DNA of 32,000 nt from Sodalis sp. (in: enterobacteria) (GCA_051710585.1 JBPESP010000001.1:470156-502155), one strand, 5' to 3'. Shown: positions 13,729-26,234, counted from the first letter of the stretch. Notes: generated from the sequence alone by a model not told the origin. Numbers and translations: made by a program.

Positions 13729-16078
13729 CGGGAACGATAATGAAAAATATAATAAATATACTTGAAGATTATGCGCTTGGGGCAATTAAAGACGCTTTGA
13801 CCTAGTTTTTGGCATTCTCATTTCAAGGTCGGGGATAGTGGAATTATGGATGGGTCCGTACCTTAAAGTAGTTTGTTTGTCGTTGATTCGTAAGGCAATG
13901 AAACATGACTTTTGTATACTGTCGCTCATTGCCTTATTAGTAAAGATGCTCTTTAGTGTGGAACCTGCTATTCCTGCTTTCCTTGCCTACCATTATAACA
14001 ATATTTTATACAGTTATTTAGTGAGTTACCCCAATGACCTATGAGAAAAAAAATCTACACGCTGGAGATTCTAATCGGTATGCTGGTCCATTAGAATAGA
14101 GAATTCTGTAATACAGTGCGGATGATTGTTGGTGCCTATCTCGAAAACACTGGTTTTTTTTCACCGCTGTTGTTGAACGTCATTACCCTAAGGCTTTTGT
14201 TAGGCGATATTTTTATTTGCGTAAACTCTATGGTTATCTTAAAGACATGGTATTCTAGATGATACCTAAATAACGTACTGCACGCCACGCTTGATACTGA
14301 AATATATTGACGTACCAGGACTAATGGCTAATGTTTTATTTTTTCACAAAACTGGATAAAGTTTTATTTACTTTGTAAAATAGCAAGAGTGTATTTGTTC
14401 TTCCCAATTCTGGTGGGAAGTTTTGCTTTTTTTTTGCTAAATGCGGGTAGTAAAATTGGACGGATAAATTTTGCTTAGCAGTTATTATTGCTACTATTAA
14501 TTTCATGTCTTGGGCATTATTCCTGGTTATATGTTTTTTATTCCCTTAGGCGGTTGTTGAGTAAATTAAATTAGATGGTAAGAAATTATTAAAAAATTAT
14601 AAGGATGCATAACCTATAAAAACCTTCTAGGGTTAGCGTGATCATTATTCTTGGCGTTGCTATGGCTTTTTTTAGCAGAACCTAATATGCTGGTAAAAAA
14701 AGTTTTTACCGCTGGTTAAGGAAGTTGCTTAATAATGCTAACGCCTAATCGTGAAGCACTTTTCCGTAGTTGGTTTTGTACTTTTCTGTGGAAAAGTACC
14801 GGTGTGTTGAATGGTATATATTCATGAGTCATATTAATTATGTACTGTAATACGACGGCTTAAGTAGTGATAATAAACTGTTAAAAATCGGTAAAGATAT
14901 ACGTTTAACGAAAAAATAGATCATGCTCCTTTTCCGTTTGCTTAATTAAAAGCGTGTTTATTTCCAGTATGGTTACAGCACATGGTATTTTAGAGAAAAC
15001 TGCCAAAACTTAGCTGTTTTTTCAACAGCGCTGCTAATGGGGATAAGTTTTCGATCTAGGTTAATTATAAACTAGATGTATTGGACTATTTAATAGTAGG
15101 AGGAAATTTAATGTCAGTAAGCTGAATATCAGTTTATCTAACCTGGATAGAAATTAACTAAAGCGTTCAGTAATAACTATCCTTAGCAAGTTAAGTAAAT
15201 TATGTAGCAGGCGTGGATTATCTCGGCTTTTTTACAGAAGTACTTTACTGTGATGAAAGTAATCCCTATATGGGATCAGCTCCGTTAAGTTTGAAAGATA
15301 CCAAAACAGAAATTAATGGCGTGATTATTACACTTTTTTGTCGCCGGTTCATCTTCGCCAGAATGGCCTTATAGCTCATTGGTAGGCTTTGGCGAATAGC
15401 AGCTTTGCGTGTCAGAAAAATTATTTTTTACTAATTTTGACTTGCCACGTGATGGTTTTACTCTTTAGAAGTACCTAAGAAGTGTAGTTTTTTGTCTCCT
15501 GAATGAGGTAGAGCTCTGCTAGGAGCAAAGGTATCTTTTTCATGTCATTAACGATAAGCAAACCTAAGTTGTCATATTGATGCGCGGCTAGTAATTGGGA
15601 TTGAAAATATAAAAAGCGCTATAATAAACAATGATGTTATTGATGTTATCGGGATGTGTAGTTAGGTTCTCTGGCACTTGTTCGATGGTGTGTAGACGAG
15701 GTGAGTGTAATTAGGGATAGTCAGGCTCAGCGAAAATGGTATAAAAAAAACTTTTTGTTCAGGGCGATTTTAGTATAATCAATATTATAACTATTTTTTA
15801 AATGTTATGTTATCAGTAACTAAGGTTAACCTTTTTACACTTTAATATTGCTTTAGATAATTTAAGTATATGACATTATTAATGTCAACGCGGATCATTG
15901 CCAGGTCTGTTTTCGTCTCCTCGTAAGCCTTATGTAAATTTGCATCATTACGCTACTGGCTCCATGAGAGATTAAGGTAGTTTTTTAAATGCGATGAATT
16001 TTGGCCGTGCGTTGTGCCTCAAAAATCCATATTGCTCCTGAGCAATTCTGAAATTATTGATCTAGTTAAAATTGTCGA

Positions 16079-16110
16079 TATCCATGAGAAGTTGGACCTT
16101 CTCATGGATA
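16079..16110. repeat. Perfect 13-bp inverted repeat, 6-nt loop
   Basis: TATCCATGAGAAG - TTGGAC - CTTCTCATGGATA read directly. Confidence 0.95.
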
Positions 16111-17520
16111 CCTGATCGCTATTGGCAACGTGTAGTACGGTAATTTGAGCGCTGATGCTAATAGTTTTGATTATTTTGAGTTTGCTAATAAGCTACACCA
16201 GAACCTATACATCGTTATGGTAAATAAGTGTTGTGAGAAATTTACGTGCGATGTTGCCCCTAGCTTGCCTAACATTAGCCACGTTAGCGTCGTTACCGCC
16301 AGCGCACAGCGAGAATAACGCGAAAAATAAATGCTAGGAACCCTTGACCTTAACGATATTTACGTATCTCCCACGAGTATATTTACTCGATGACTCTGCA
16401 CGTTAGCCTTGTGTTCAGATTAACAGGGTGTAGAAAACTGTCTTAAAGTCCTTTTTTTTAGATCATCACACCAGGTAGACCTATGCAATGTAGTAATATA
16501 GTAATATTACTAGGAGGGGTATTCTTTTATCGAACATAGATCGGACTGGCAGATATAATATTGTTGCAAATAGCGACAAAATATCTTGTTGGTATTACAT
16601 TAAATATTTATCCTACATTATACTATAGCTAGGCTACTAGCGCACCGATGCTTAGTGAATAAAAGAAAATAGGGCAAAATCAACTTCAGCCAGGAAATAA
16701 GCTCCGTGTTTCACCCTAAAATAATCTGTTATTTATAATCTTGTCATAGCGGGCTTGACCTCCTGTACGGCAGGGGGTACCCTGTTCTAGGGTGCCACTC
16801 GTAACTATCGATAGTGGGAGGTTAAAGAAAAGACTGAATGCTAAGACTTTATCTTTTTTGTCATACCCCCATACTGCTTTACTGAACGTATCTTGAACAA
16901 AAAAGAATTAAGAAATAATATTTATACTATGTTGTAATGTGTAATACTTACTATATTATCAATTTATATGTTTTTATAGCTAAAAACTCTTCCATTATCT
17001 GCTTTTGTTGATATTAATTAATATTAGGATGCTGAGTAGGGTAAAATTAATGTAGGTGGTTAATTTTAGGCCTCTAGCCACGTCAGTATAGTTCTTTCCA
17101 CTTTATTTATATTATGGTCGATATAGACAAAATAAATATCACGTATTACCCATACTTTCAGCTGATGCAATATCAGTAGTACGGGGTCTTTAAATCAAGG
17201 TCCTTAAATCTGGTTGTATATAATATCAATACGATGTATTATGCCAAGATGTTAACAGCGATAAGTAATATTTACTTGCAGAAATTTGGTATGTTGAAAA
17301 GGTGGATGCTATGTTTCATAGCTTGTTAAAATCAAGAGGGTGTTAACAGTAATATAACAAACACTCAAGAAATCAGCTAGTCATGCTTTATCACGTTTGT
17401 GACAAAACCTTTACTTAGTTAGTAGCGTGCAGATAGCAAATCTCCTTATTATTAGTCATGGTCGGTTAGGATAAATAAAATATCTTATTTCGCACAGAGT
17501 TGAAATTGGCTGTATGGGAA

Positions 17521-17547
17521 AGCGATTATGAATCGCTGTTATTTTTT
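17521..17547 (+). terminator. Terminator-like hairpin with T tract, no adjacent intact gene
   Basis: AGCGATT - ATG - AATCGCT followed by GTTATTTTTT. Confidence 0.35.
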
Positions 17548-18360
17548 ATCAGGCGCTGTTCATGCCTCTTTTGAACCTATTTTACCCCCTAATGCCGCTG
17601 TTATTAGGTTTATAATTAGTACTCAGCAAATTATCTTCTTGGTTTAGTTTATATATCCGTACGCAAATATTTTTAAAGTCATGACAGATTAATATTTAAT
17701 GCCTTTGGAGATTTATTTTTTATTTTATAGAGGTTAGTATGTTCGTTTACTAACATAAATATTGTCTCTTTTAATAGTTTATTATAAATATAATGATTTT
17801 ACATAAAATTATTGTAAGATATATCGGTACGATTGGATAGAAAAATATATTTTATCGCGGAACTACCCACAATGTTAGCACCTTCTTTTTAAGAGACTGA
17901 AGAAGTTAACTAAAGCAGTTTTATTTAATTAACGATGATATATGTCCGTTTTAATTTTCAGGGTAAAAAGGTTTGATAGTGCAGAGGCGTAAAATAAAAT
18001 TCAGCATATCAGTAATATGGAATACTTTCTGGGATATATAGCTTGCGAACTCTGTAGTAATGTGGAAATTGTATTGTTTATTCGCTGAGATTGGTTGTGT
18101 GATAGGGGGATGTTTTAGATATCAATAATATGATTTATTAATGTTTTGAATAAGGATGACGAAGAGAGGGACTAAAGGCACTGGCAGATTATCCTATTAC
18201 TTGTACTTGTATTTTTTTAAACCACTGACATGCACAAATATATCACTAATACTTGATAATTATATATGGATAAGGTGGCATTTACTGATGGCATTATCAT
18301 AATGAACGCCTGTTTATATTTGTATTAGATAGTAAATCTGTTCTAAATTAGAAAAAACTT

Positions 18361-18910
18361 ATGGAAATTTAAACTAAGTTAAATAGTTATAAAAGTGATT
18401 ATATTTCTTGTGCAGGGATTCTTGCTCCATATTCATCAGCAGAGGGTGTAGTAAGGCCGCTTAAGATCGGTATCTTAAGTTCTTGTTAAACGGATTTTTT
18501 GGCAAAGAGAATATCAGTAAAACGTAATTGCGCGCTGTGTTGCATATTATATGTACTTTATACTTTACTAAGCGTATGTTATTTTTAAATTTTAAAGTTC
18601 AGTGCGAAGCGTGTCGAATATACACGTAAAAAAATTATAAGAAGCTAAAGTGTATTGCTGCCCAAAAAAATCGCATCTAAAATAAGAATGTCTCGCCCTT
18701 ACTAAAGGGCTAGGGGTTGGCAATGCCGGTCGTTAAAAGCTGTATCTATAATCGATATTTCTATGTTGCAAATTTGCTAATTTATTAAAACTAAGAGTAG
18801 GTAAAAAAAATCCAATGGACGCATCGTCGTAAAATTACCAAAGAAGGAGGGACGTTTACAGTTCTTCAGGGATGGCCTTGATAGTACGCATAGAATGTTC
18901 GTAGTTTTGA
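18361..18910 (+). pseudogene. proQ: Degraded proQ (RNA chaperone ProQ/FinO domain), multiple stops and frameshifts
   Basis: Read across frames: ME-I*-TKLNSYK / VIIFLVQGFLLH (cf. [23 protein letters not shown]), PYSSAEGVVRPLKIGIL (cf. SAEGEARPLKIGIF), ENISKT*LRAVL (cf. GEMNLSKTQLRSAL), NPMDASS...GMALIVRIECS*F (cf. C-terminal NAMDATV...GMSMIVRAEHLVF). Sits directly upstream of prc, as in E. coli. Confidence 0.85.
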
Positions 18911-18929
18911 TACGGAGGTTAACCAGGGA

Positions 18930-20770
18930 ATGAAGGTATTTGGCGGACTTGCCGTCATGACAAGTGTTCTATATGGTGTACAGAGCGATGGCATAAGACG
19001 ATATTACTATTGGCACCAATCAAATCCTAGTATTGAAAGAAGAATCACACCAGAAGATACTAAGCTAGCGGATCAGCGTGCGATTTACGCGTTCGCATTA
19101 TCGCGAGTTCAATCTATATGAAGCTTTCGCTGGTAAAATTTTTGACCGCTGCCTCAACATGTTTGACTATAACCATAATGTATTGCTGGCTTTAGATATT
19201 GCGCAGTTTGCTACCTAAAACCTAAGCTTGCCAATCAGCTGAAGAGTGGGAAGCTGGACATCCCTTATGCGATGTATAATCTAGCAGAAAAAACGGCGCT
19301 TCGAGTGCTATCAGCATGCTCTATTGCAGTTAAGAAAAACAATAGACTTCAACGGAAACGATTCCATAAAAATTGACCGCAGAAAAGCTCTTTGACCAAA
19401 AAACACGACCGAGCTGAACGCGCTTTAGGATGCCAAGGTGAAATATGATGTGCTAAATCTTAAACTCATCGGTAAAAATGAGAAAGAGATCTATGATATT
19501 TCACTATTCAGCGGCTAGCGCAAAGTAACAGTGAAGACGTATTCCAATTGATCATGAACGCTTTCGCCCATGAGATTGATCCGCACACCAATTACATTTC
19601 CTGTGCAATACTGAACAGTTCAACATTAAAATGAGCTTGTTGTTTGAAACTATTGGGGCGGTATTACAGATAAATGATGATTACACTGTAATAAACTCAC
19701 TGGTACCAGGCGGCCAAGCAGCGAAAAGAAAAGCTATTACTGTAGGCGATTGGGTGGTGAGTGTTGGAGAGATCGGTAAACTGATGGTATATGTTATCGC
19801 TTGGCGGCTTAATGATGTCGTGTCGCTGATAAAAGGGCTGAAAGGTAGTAATGTTTGGTTAGAAATATTGCCTATCGGCGAAAGCACTAAAACCCGCATA
19901 GTCACTGTTACCCGCGATCGTATCCGGCTCGAGGATCGAGAAACAAAGATATCGGTCAAAAGATCGGTAAAGAAAAAGTAGGTATTATAAATATCCCTGG
20001 GTTTTACGTAGGCCTAAGCAATGATGTTCAAGTACAGCTGTAGAAGTTAGAGAAAAAAGAATGTGCAGAGTATAATTATCGATTTTCGCACTAACGGCAG
20101 TGGCGTGTTTATAGAAGCTGTTTTATTATCAAAATTATTTATTCCTAGTGGACCGAGTATACAGGTGCTGGATAACAACAGTAAAATTCGTGAGGATAGT
20201 GATAGTAACGGTATTGTCTATCATAAAGGCCCGCGGGTAGTATTAGTTGATTGGTTCAGTGCTTTTGCGTCGGAGATTTTCGCTGTGGTGATGCAGGATT
20301 ATGGTCGAGCGTTAGTGGTCGGTGAAGTGACCTTCGGTAAAGGTACCGTTCAGCAATATTGCTCTCTAAACCGTTTTTACGATAAGATATTGCGCCAAGA
20401 ATGGCCTAGGCGGGGGTTTATTCAATACACAATTCAGAAATTTTACCGCATAAATGGCGAAAGTACGCAGCATAAAGGCGTTGTACCAGATATTCGTATT
20501 CTTACAAGCACTGAAACCTGCGGAAAATTTAAAGATAATGCACTTCCTTAGGACAGAATTAAAGTGGCTACCTATACCAAAGTTAATGATCTGAAGCCCT
20601 TTTCGCCAGAATTATTTAAAGCGCATCGGGCGCGTATTGTTAAAGATCCTGAATTTCAGTATATACAGCAGGATATCGCGTGATTCTACGCCCTGAAAGA
20701 TAAGCGTAATCGGATATTCCCTTAATTTTGCCCGGCGGGAAAAGGAGAAGTGTAAGAATATTGCGCTATA
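18930..20770 (+). pseudogene. prc: Degraded prc (tsp) tail-specific periplasmic protease; multiple frameshifts and stops, C-terminus eroded
   Basis: Frame-shifted pieces collinear with Prc: NQILVLKEESHQ, SVRFTRSHYREFNLYEAFAGKIFDRCLNMFDYNHNVLLALD, ORF 19631-19981 (FETIGAVLQINDDYTVINSLVPGGQAAKRKAI...), ORF 20063-20551 (SIIIDFRTNGSGVFIEAVLLS...DYGRALVVGEVTFGKGTVQQYCSLNR...), ELFKAHRARIVKDPEFQYIQQDIA*, ALKDKRN, YSLNFARREKE. Starts 20 nt after the proQ stop with GGAGG retained. Confidence 0.95.
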
Positions 20771-21013
20771 TTTCGTTCATGCTAAAACTAGATATCTTTA
20801 GCTAACCTATTGTTACTCATAAGGAATAGCAGATTTCCTAGGGTGTGTCGATACCGGTTCTTTTTAGTTTGTGTCGAATAAGAAGTCAAAAGTTTAATAA
20901 ATGCAAGGTTATGTTTTTTGGTGAATTATCGGCCTGTAATCTTTAAAATTGCTGGCGAGTTACTAGAGTAACCTTATGTACTAAGCATAATAACTTGAGG
21001 CACTAGATATTTT

Positions 21014-21895
21014 ATGATGCGTATTGTTTTTTTTCTGCTTACTGACTTGGCGGTGATGGTGGTGTTCGGTATTGTACTGAGCCTCAGTGGAATACAGTCC
21101 TCAAGTATAGTCGGATTAATGATTATGGTTGGCCTATTCGGTTTCGGTGGCGCTTTCGTTTCACTGTTAATGTCAAAATCTATGGCGTTACACTCAGTCG
21201 GCGGCGAAATAATTAAGCAATCGCGCAATGAAACCGAACGCTGGCTACTCAATACTGTACGCCATTTGGCACAGCAGGCAAAAATCATCATGCCGCAGGT
21301 GGCGTTGTACCATGCGCCCGATATCAACGCTTTTGCTACTGGCGCTCGGCGCGATTTTTCGCTGGTAGCTGTCAGTACTGGCTTATTACAGAACATGAAC
21401 CGCGACGAAGCTGAAGCGGTGATTGGGCATGAAATTAGTCATATCGCTAATGGCGATATGGTGACTATGACTCTTATCCAGGGCATAGTGAATACTTTTG
21501 TCATTTTCATCTCGCGAATCTTGGCGCAGCTAGCAGCGGGTTTCATGTCATCAAGTCATGACGAAGAGGAAAGAGACAACGGCAACCCAATAGTATATTT
21601 TGCTGTTTCCATGGTATTGGAGTTGTTTTTTGGGATATTGGCGAGTATCATCACACTATGGTTTTCGCGCCATCGTGAATTCTACGCTGACGCTGGTTCA
21701 GCTAAATTGGTGGGATGCGAAAAAATGATTGCGGCTTTACAGCGGTTAAAAACCAGTTATGAACCCCAAGAAGCTAGCAGCATTATGGCCTTATGCATTA
21801 ACGGTCGCAACAAAACTTTTAGTGAGTTATTTATGTCTCACCCACCGTTGGATAAACGCATCGAAGTTTTACGTTCTGGCGCTTATCTGCAATAA
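21014..21895 (+). CDS. htpX: HtpX membrane-associated zinc metalloprotease, apparently intact (293 aa)
   Basis: Full-length ORF; [22 protein letters not shown] (HExxH zinc motif), [43 protein letters not shown]. Confidence 0.97.
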   Translation: MMRIVFFLLTDLAVMVVFGIVLSLSGIQSSSIVGLMIMVGLFGFGGAFVSLLMSKSMALHSVGGEIIKQSRNETERWLLNTVRHLAQQAKIIMPQVALYHAPDINAFATGARRDFSLVAVSTGLLQNMNRDEAEAVIGHEISHIANGDMVTMTLIQGIVNTFVIFISRILAQLAAGFMSSSHDEEERDNGNPIVYFAVSMVLELFFGILASIITLWFSRHREFYADAGSAKLVGCEKMIAALQRLKTSYEPQEASSIMALCINGRNKTFSELFMSHPPLDKRIEVLRSGAYLQ

Positions 21896-23750
21896 GGCGG
21901 CATAAGAGACGCTGAAGTTGCTAGTAACAAATTCGATGATACCGAGCTTACATTGCTCTTTAATGCCTAGATTTCAAGGGATAAGTACGTCACTTTCATA
22001 CGTCAAATTCTCTTTATTTGCTTTTTGTGGTATTCTTATTTGAGAAGAAAGCGCTATGGTTTTTTTATATTTCCCCTATTCTTTCTGCTCTGCCGGAATA
22101 GGGCAGCACTTTTCGTAACGGGTATATTATCATGCGCCAGATGATTTTACTGTTTTTCGGTATAACAAGATAGGCTAGTAAAAAAGAGATTTTGGGGGGG
22201 GTAAATAAGTACATATTATACTCTCTCTATAGAGAGGCCCTGCGTGTATCTGATCGATAAGGGTATCCCGATCAGGGCCTTAGCATAACCATCAAGGCCG
22301 GTAATGATTTTTTTATAGCCAGGAGAGTTTACAGATAAAATAGCATTAAGATGCTCGTCAGCATTTTAATACTGAAAGAAAGGGGATCTGCAGTAAGTCA
22401 TTTACCGCTAGAGTTGGGCTTGAACCTGTTTAGTGAAGCCGCTTAACCTAATACGGATAGCAGTAGATCAAAAGTTAGGATAATTGATTAGTGCGTTACA
22501 AACTTTGAAGCATGGCTGATTTTTGCGGGTTATAATCAAAAAGAAATGGTATTCTAACCATTAGAGAAAATAGGCTGATGGAGACATTGATTGCAAACAC
22601 CACTATTTTAACTCTAGCCATACAATAAAATATAGAGTATAGGCTTGCTTGGTGCCGCCGCTATTAGCGTATTGATAGTCATATCACAACAAAGAACATC
22701 CTATGGATAGATGATTTGGATTAGTGCGCTTATTGATGCTCATTACCCTGCGGTAATGTAATCATGAATTATCCGACAATGCACAGAGTAACGATGTAAC
22801 ATTGAATACCGCTAGATCACATTTATAGACACAATAGGTAGCTATAAATATCACTGAAGCTGAGGAAAAATAGCAGGAAAACGATTATTGGCAGTTAATA
22901 ATAACTATTAAGCACTTAGATCGATGTTATCGTAATCCTTTCTATAGTATTTCTATCAGAAAAGTGCTGCTAGCGTGGTGAGAAACCTCTGAGGTAGTAG
23001 AGGTGATGTCTTGCTAGATGGGCTACTACGATTAGCCGTTTTTAACTCTCTTCATTCATTGAACTAGATGATCATGACCTGTTTCAGGATCCTCCATTTC
23101 ATTAAAGAAAAAAGATGATAAAGGCTTTAGTCAAAAAGCAGGAACTTCTTTTCAAATCTGCCCGCTTAACAGATATTATAAAATAAATTCTGGATATTAT
23201 TGATAATATTGCGTCTATGGAGTTGTAAAAAAATATCCGCAAACTAAAAAATATAAATTTTAACACTTATCCTGCGGTGCGCAATGAGATCACGTAGAAA
23301 TTGATAAACCTATCGTCTTTATTGACATAAAGTTTTAATCGTAATCATTCCGTATTAATTATTAATAATAGACTATTTTAGGTAATGAATATAATTGGTT
23401 AACTATGCGTATATGTTTTTAATTAAAATTATTTTATTAAAATTAATTAAAGTTCTGTTATTTTCTGTTTAAGTTTTAGCGGAGAAAGTTCCTGAATTAA
23501 GCATTTTAGTAATAAGATTTTAAAAGAGGTATAATAGTTAAGTTCCTTGTAATTCTGTTGCACTGTCTAGCTCTTTAGCTACCAGGGATAAATAGGTTTT
23601 ATGATTAAATAGGGGGATTTATTTAGCGGTATTTGTCTGATTCTAAATAAATTCTTATAGTATTTATTGCTAGGTAAATTTTATCAGTAAGTTACTAAGT
23701 ACGCTATGAAGTGAAAATAGCTACTAGTTCAATAAGTGGCAGGTTAATTC

Positions 23751-23930
23751 ATGAAGAAGTTAGAAGATGGCAGCTTGAATATTGCTGTCGCTGGGGTATT
23801 TGTCGCGGTATTCTTTATCATTGTGTTAGAGTATATTTTTCCTCAACTGCGGCAGTGTTAAAGCTAACGAAAATATAGTTTTGCTTAGGATCTTCTGAAG
23901 GAAGAGAAACAGCAAACTGCCCTGTTATCG
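23751..23930 (+). pseudogene. yebO: Degraded yebO-like small membrane protein gene
   Basis: MKKLEDGSLNIAVAGVFVAVFFIIVLEYIF then stop/frameshift; next frame SVKANENIVLL, next frame LLKEEKQQTALLSKL. Collinear with remembered YebO (MNIASLVVSVVVLLIGLILWFFINRASSRTNEQIELLEALLDQQKRQNALLRRL). Position between htpX and yobF-cspC matches E. coli order. Confidence 0.65.
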
Positions 23931-26076
23931 AAGTTAACCCAAAGAAAAATCTAAACTTGATCGTGCTTTTACCCCTAGCGAGCCCGTTATGTTTAGATAT
24001 TTTATTGCTGAAGATTGATACCTCAATGGGCGTTAAATGAACCCTGTCAATATAGGGACTTGTGACATCCTTTGTATTGTCTATCCCTAACGGGAGAGTA
24101 CAAACCATGAATAGTCCTAATTACTAATATGCTTCCACTAAACTGTACCAACACCAATAGGTTTTACTAATCCAGAGATTTCCTTTTGCCCTTATGGAAA
24201 TTAAAACTTTAGCACGAAGAAGCTAAGATATAGATCTTGCCTTGCGCGATGAAAGTTATGACACTTGAATTTTTCAATGGTAGTTAGAGCATGGTTTCTT
24301 TTTGTAGAAGCGGTAGAGATATTTTTTATTAATTAAAAAAAATTGGTAAAAGTATATCGCCGCTGTGATCTTCAAAATCGCGTCGCAAAAAACAACTTAT
24401 GGTAATCCTCGCTGAATTAAGTTCCATCGATTAGGTTTTATATTCCATCATCGTTATAATCGCGCCTCTTCACATAGATTATTATTGGGTTTTCCTGCAT
24501 ACGGGGTTGTTGTATTTCTTTGGGTACTTATATGTATTATGGCGAGACTGTGTCAAACCATACCGATGAATATAAATGGTAAAATATTCTAAACTTCCTG
24601 AAATTCATCCTCCATTGCACGCTTACTTGCTATTGGCGCATGTAGTCGCTGTAGGAATACAATTAAATATTATCAGTATAAATGGGTTATTTCTAATATC
24701 TTATTGGGTTCTCTTTTTTTTTGCAGATTAAGTAATTACATGCTACGGATGGGGGTGGCTCACCAGGTAGGACTTTTTTTAATGTCGCAGCATTATTTAT
24801 CAGCGCTATTATAGTACCAAAATAGTTCATACCGTAAAGGTATATAAAGTCCAATTAAGGTAGTGGTTTTTTACTAGAAACTACAGAAGCTGCGGGTTAT
24901 CCGATTAATTTTATTTCGAACTGGTGAATAATAAACCCCCTTGTATGAGACGCTGCTGAAATTGCAGCGCTCAGCGCGTAACCATTTTAGACAATAAAAA
25001 TTTTATTGTGTTAAAAATGGACAGAAATACGCTTTTAAACTATTTATCTCATCGCAGTGTCTGCGGTTGTAGGAGAAGGTCAATGATAGGCAAATCAGAT
25101 GACGTAAAACACGTTGGGATTTGAGCTGCAAGACCTGCGATAAGTAGTGGTACTGAGCAGTACATGTGCATATACGCAATATTGATGATATCTCTAGTAA
25201 AGAGATAATGGAATATTCCTGGTATAAGGAAGTGGGGCATTATAAACAGAGACAGCTAAGTCGATGCTCATGTGCCAATAGTAAACACGGCTGTGTTAAC
25301 TTTGATAATACATATTTTATAAATATATTGGATATTGATAATGTCCGTCAATATCAAGAATGTATAATTAGACATAGCAGTATGCTAAATACCTACAATT
25401 TGCTATGCAGTCACTTTCCTTTGCAAATTGTTATATTGCTTTAATATTCATCGTATATAGCGCGTGATTATTAAATCAGTGTAAGCATATCTGACAATAA
25501 ATAAATATTATGTTTCTTTTTTTGCTTAAGTGAATTAACGTCTCTTAGATTATTTTAAAATCTATTAATTGGAATATTAGTATTGTATTTAAATACAATG
25601 GTACACAAGATTAGCGATTCTTTATAAAGAAAGTTTAGCACTAGACTAGGGTGACAGGTGGTATTGATAAGCGAGTGTTATCTTGTCTGAAAAGTAAAGA
25701 AGATAGATAGATTTAAATAGCAGGTTTTAAAGTTTTAGAAAAATCTCTCTATTTTAGAGAGAAAGGCTATAATCCTAAGAGTAAAAATTGTGAATTGAGC
25801 CTCTTAATTTCTTATATTGATGAATAAATAATTACTTTTGAGTAATGTATTAGACATCAAAAGGGAGTGTACGTTAATGTTATCTTTATCAGGTAACGCG
25901 GTAGCCAACGGTACTATAACTCGGTATAAAAAATCTCTAATACCTTATTGATGCTATGTAAGGTGCTTAAGTGTATTGATTATGTGCAAGATATCCTGAC
26001 TTGATTAAAAATGGCTTGCCATTATTTACAGAATATGTGATAACGCAATTGGGTAAAACGAGGTATAGTTCTGTAT

Positions 26077-26211
26077 ATGAGTAGCATTTTCAGTAAAGAA
26101 GTTTTGCGTATGGGTAATTTTGTTGCGTACTACTTCTCTCCTGATCCTTATCTTAGTGCCTCAAGCAGTAACGAATCCAGTTTGTCTCTGTATCGTCAGA
26201 AAGCGATTTAA
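26077..26211 (+). CDS. yobF: YobF (DUF2527) small protein, 44 aa, intact; below the ORF-track cutoff
   Basis: [44 protein letters not shown]. Matches E. coli YobF pattern (MCGIFSKEVL...V.Y.FS..PY..AS.SN.S.LS) and lies 23 nt upstream of cspC, as expected. Confidence 0.88.
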   Translation: MSSIFSKEVLRMGNFVAYYFSPDPYLSASSSNESSLSLYRQKAI

Positions 26212-26218
26212 ACACTCC

Positions 26219-26226
26219 AAAGGAAA
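26219..26226 (+). promoter_or_regulatory. Putative ribosome-binding site of cspC
   Basis: AAAGGAAAT-type purine-rich tract about 8-12 nt upstream of the cspC ATG at 26235. Confidence 0.6.
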
Positions 26227-26234
26227 TATGCAAG

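Noticed and set aside
19681-19959. 92-aa minus strand ORF
   Set aside because: Antisense shadow of the prc pseudogene PDZ-domain region.
19631-20551. Two separate small proteins (19631-19981 and 20063-20551)
   Set aside because: Both are consecutive fragments of one frameshifted prc; not independent genes.
20974-21396. 140-aa minus strand ORF over htpX start
   Set aside because: Antisense shadow of htpX; no recognisable domain.
22074-22103. CCCTATTC/GAATAGGG hairpin after htpX as a terminator
   Set aside because: 8-bp stem with 14-nt loop, but T-tract lies before the stem on + and is A-rich on the other strand, so a terminator call is not justified.
23818-24108. 96-aa minus strand ORF
   Set aside because: Overlaps the yebO remnant antisense; translation has no recognisable family.
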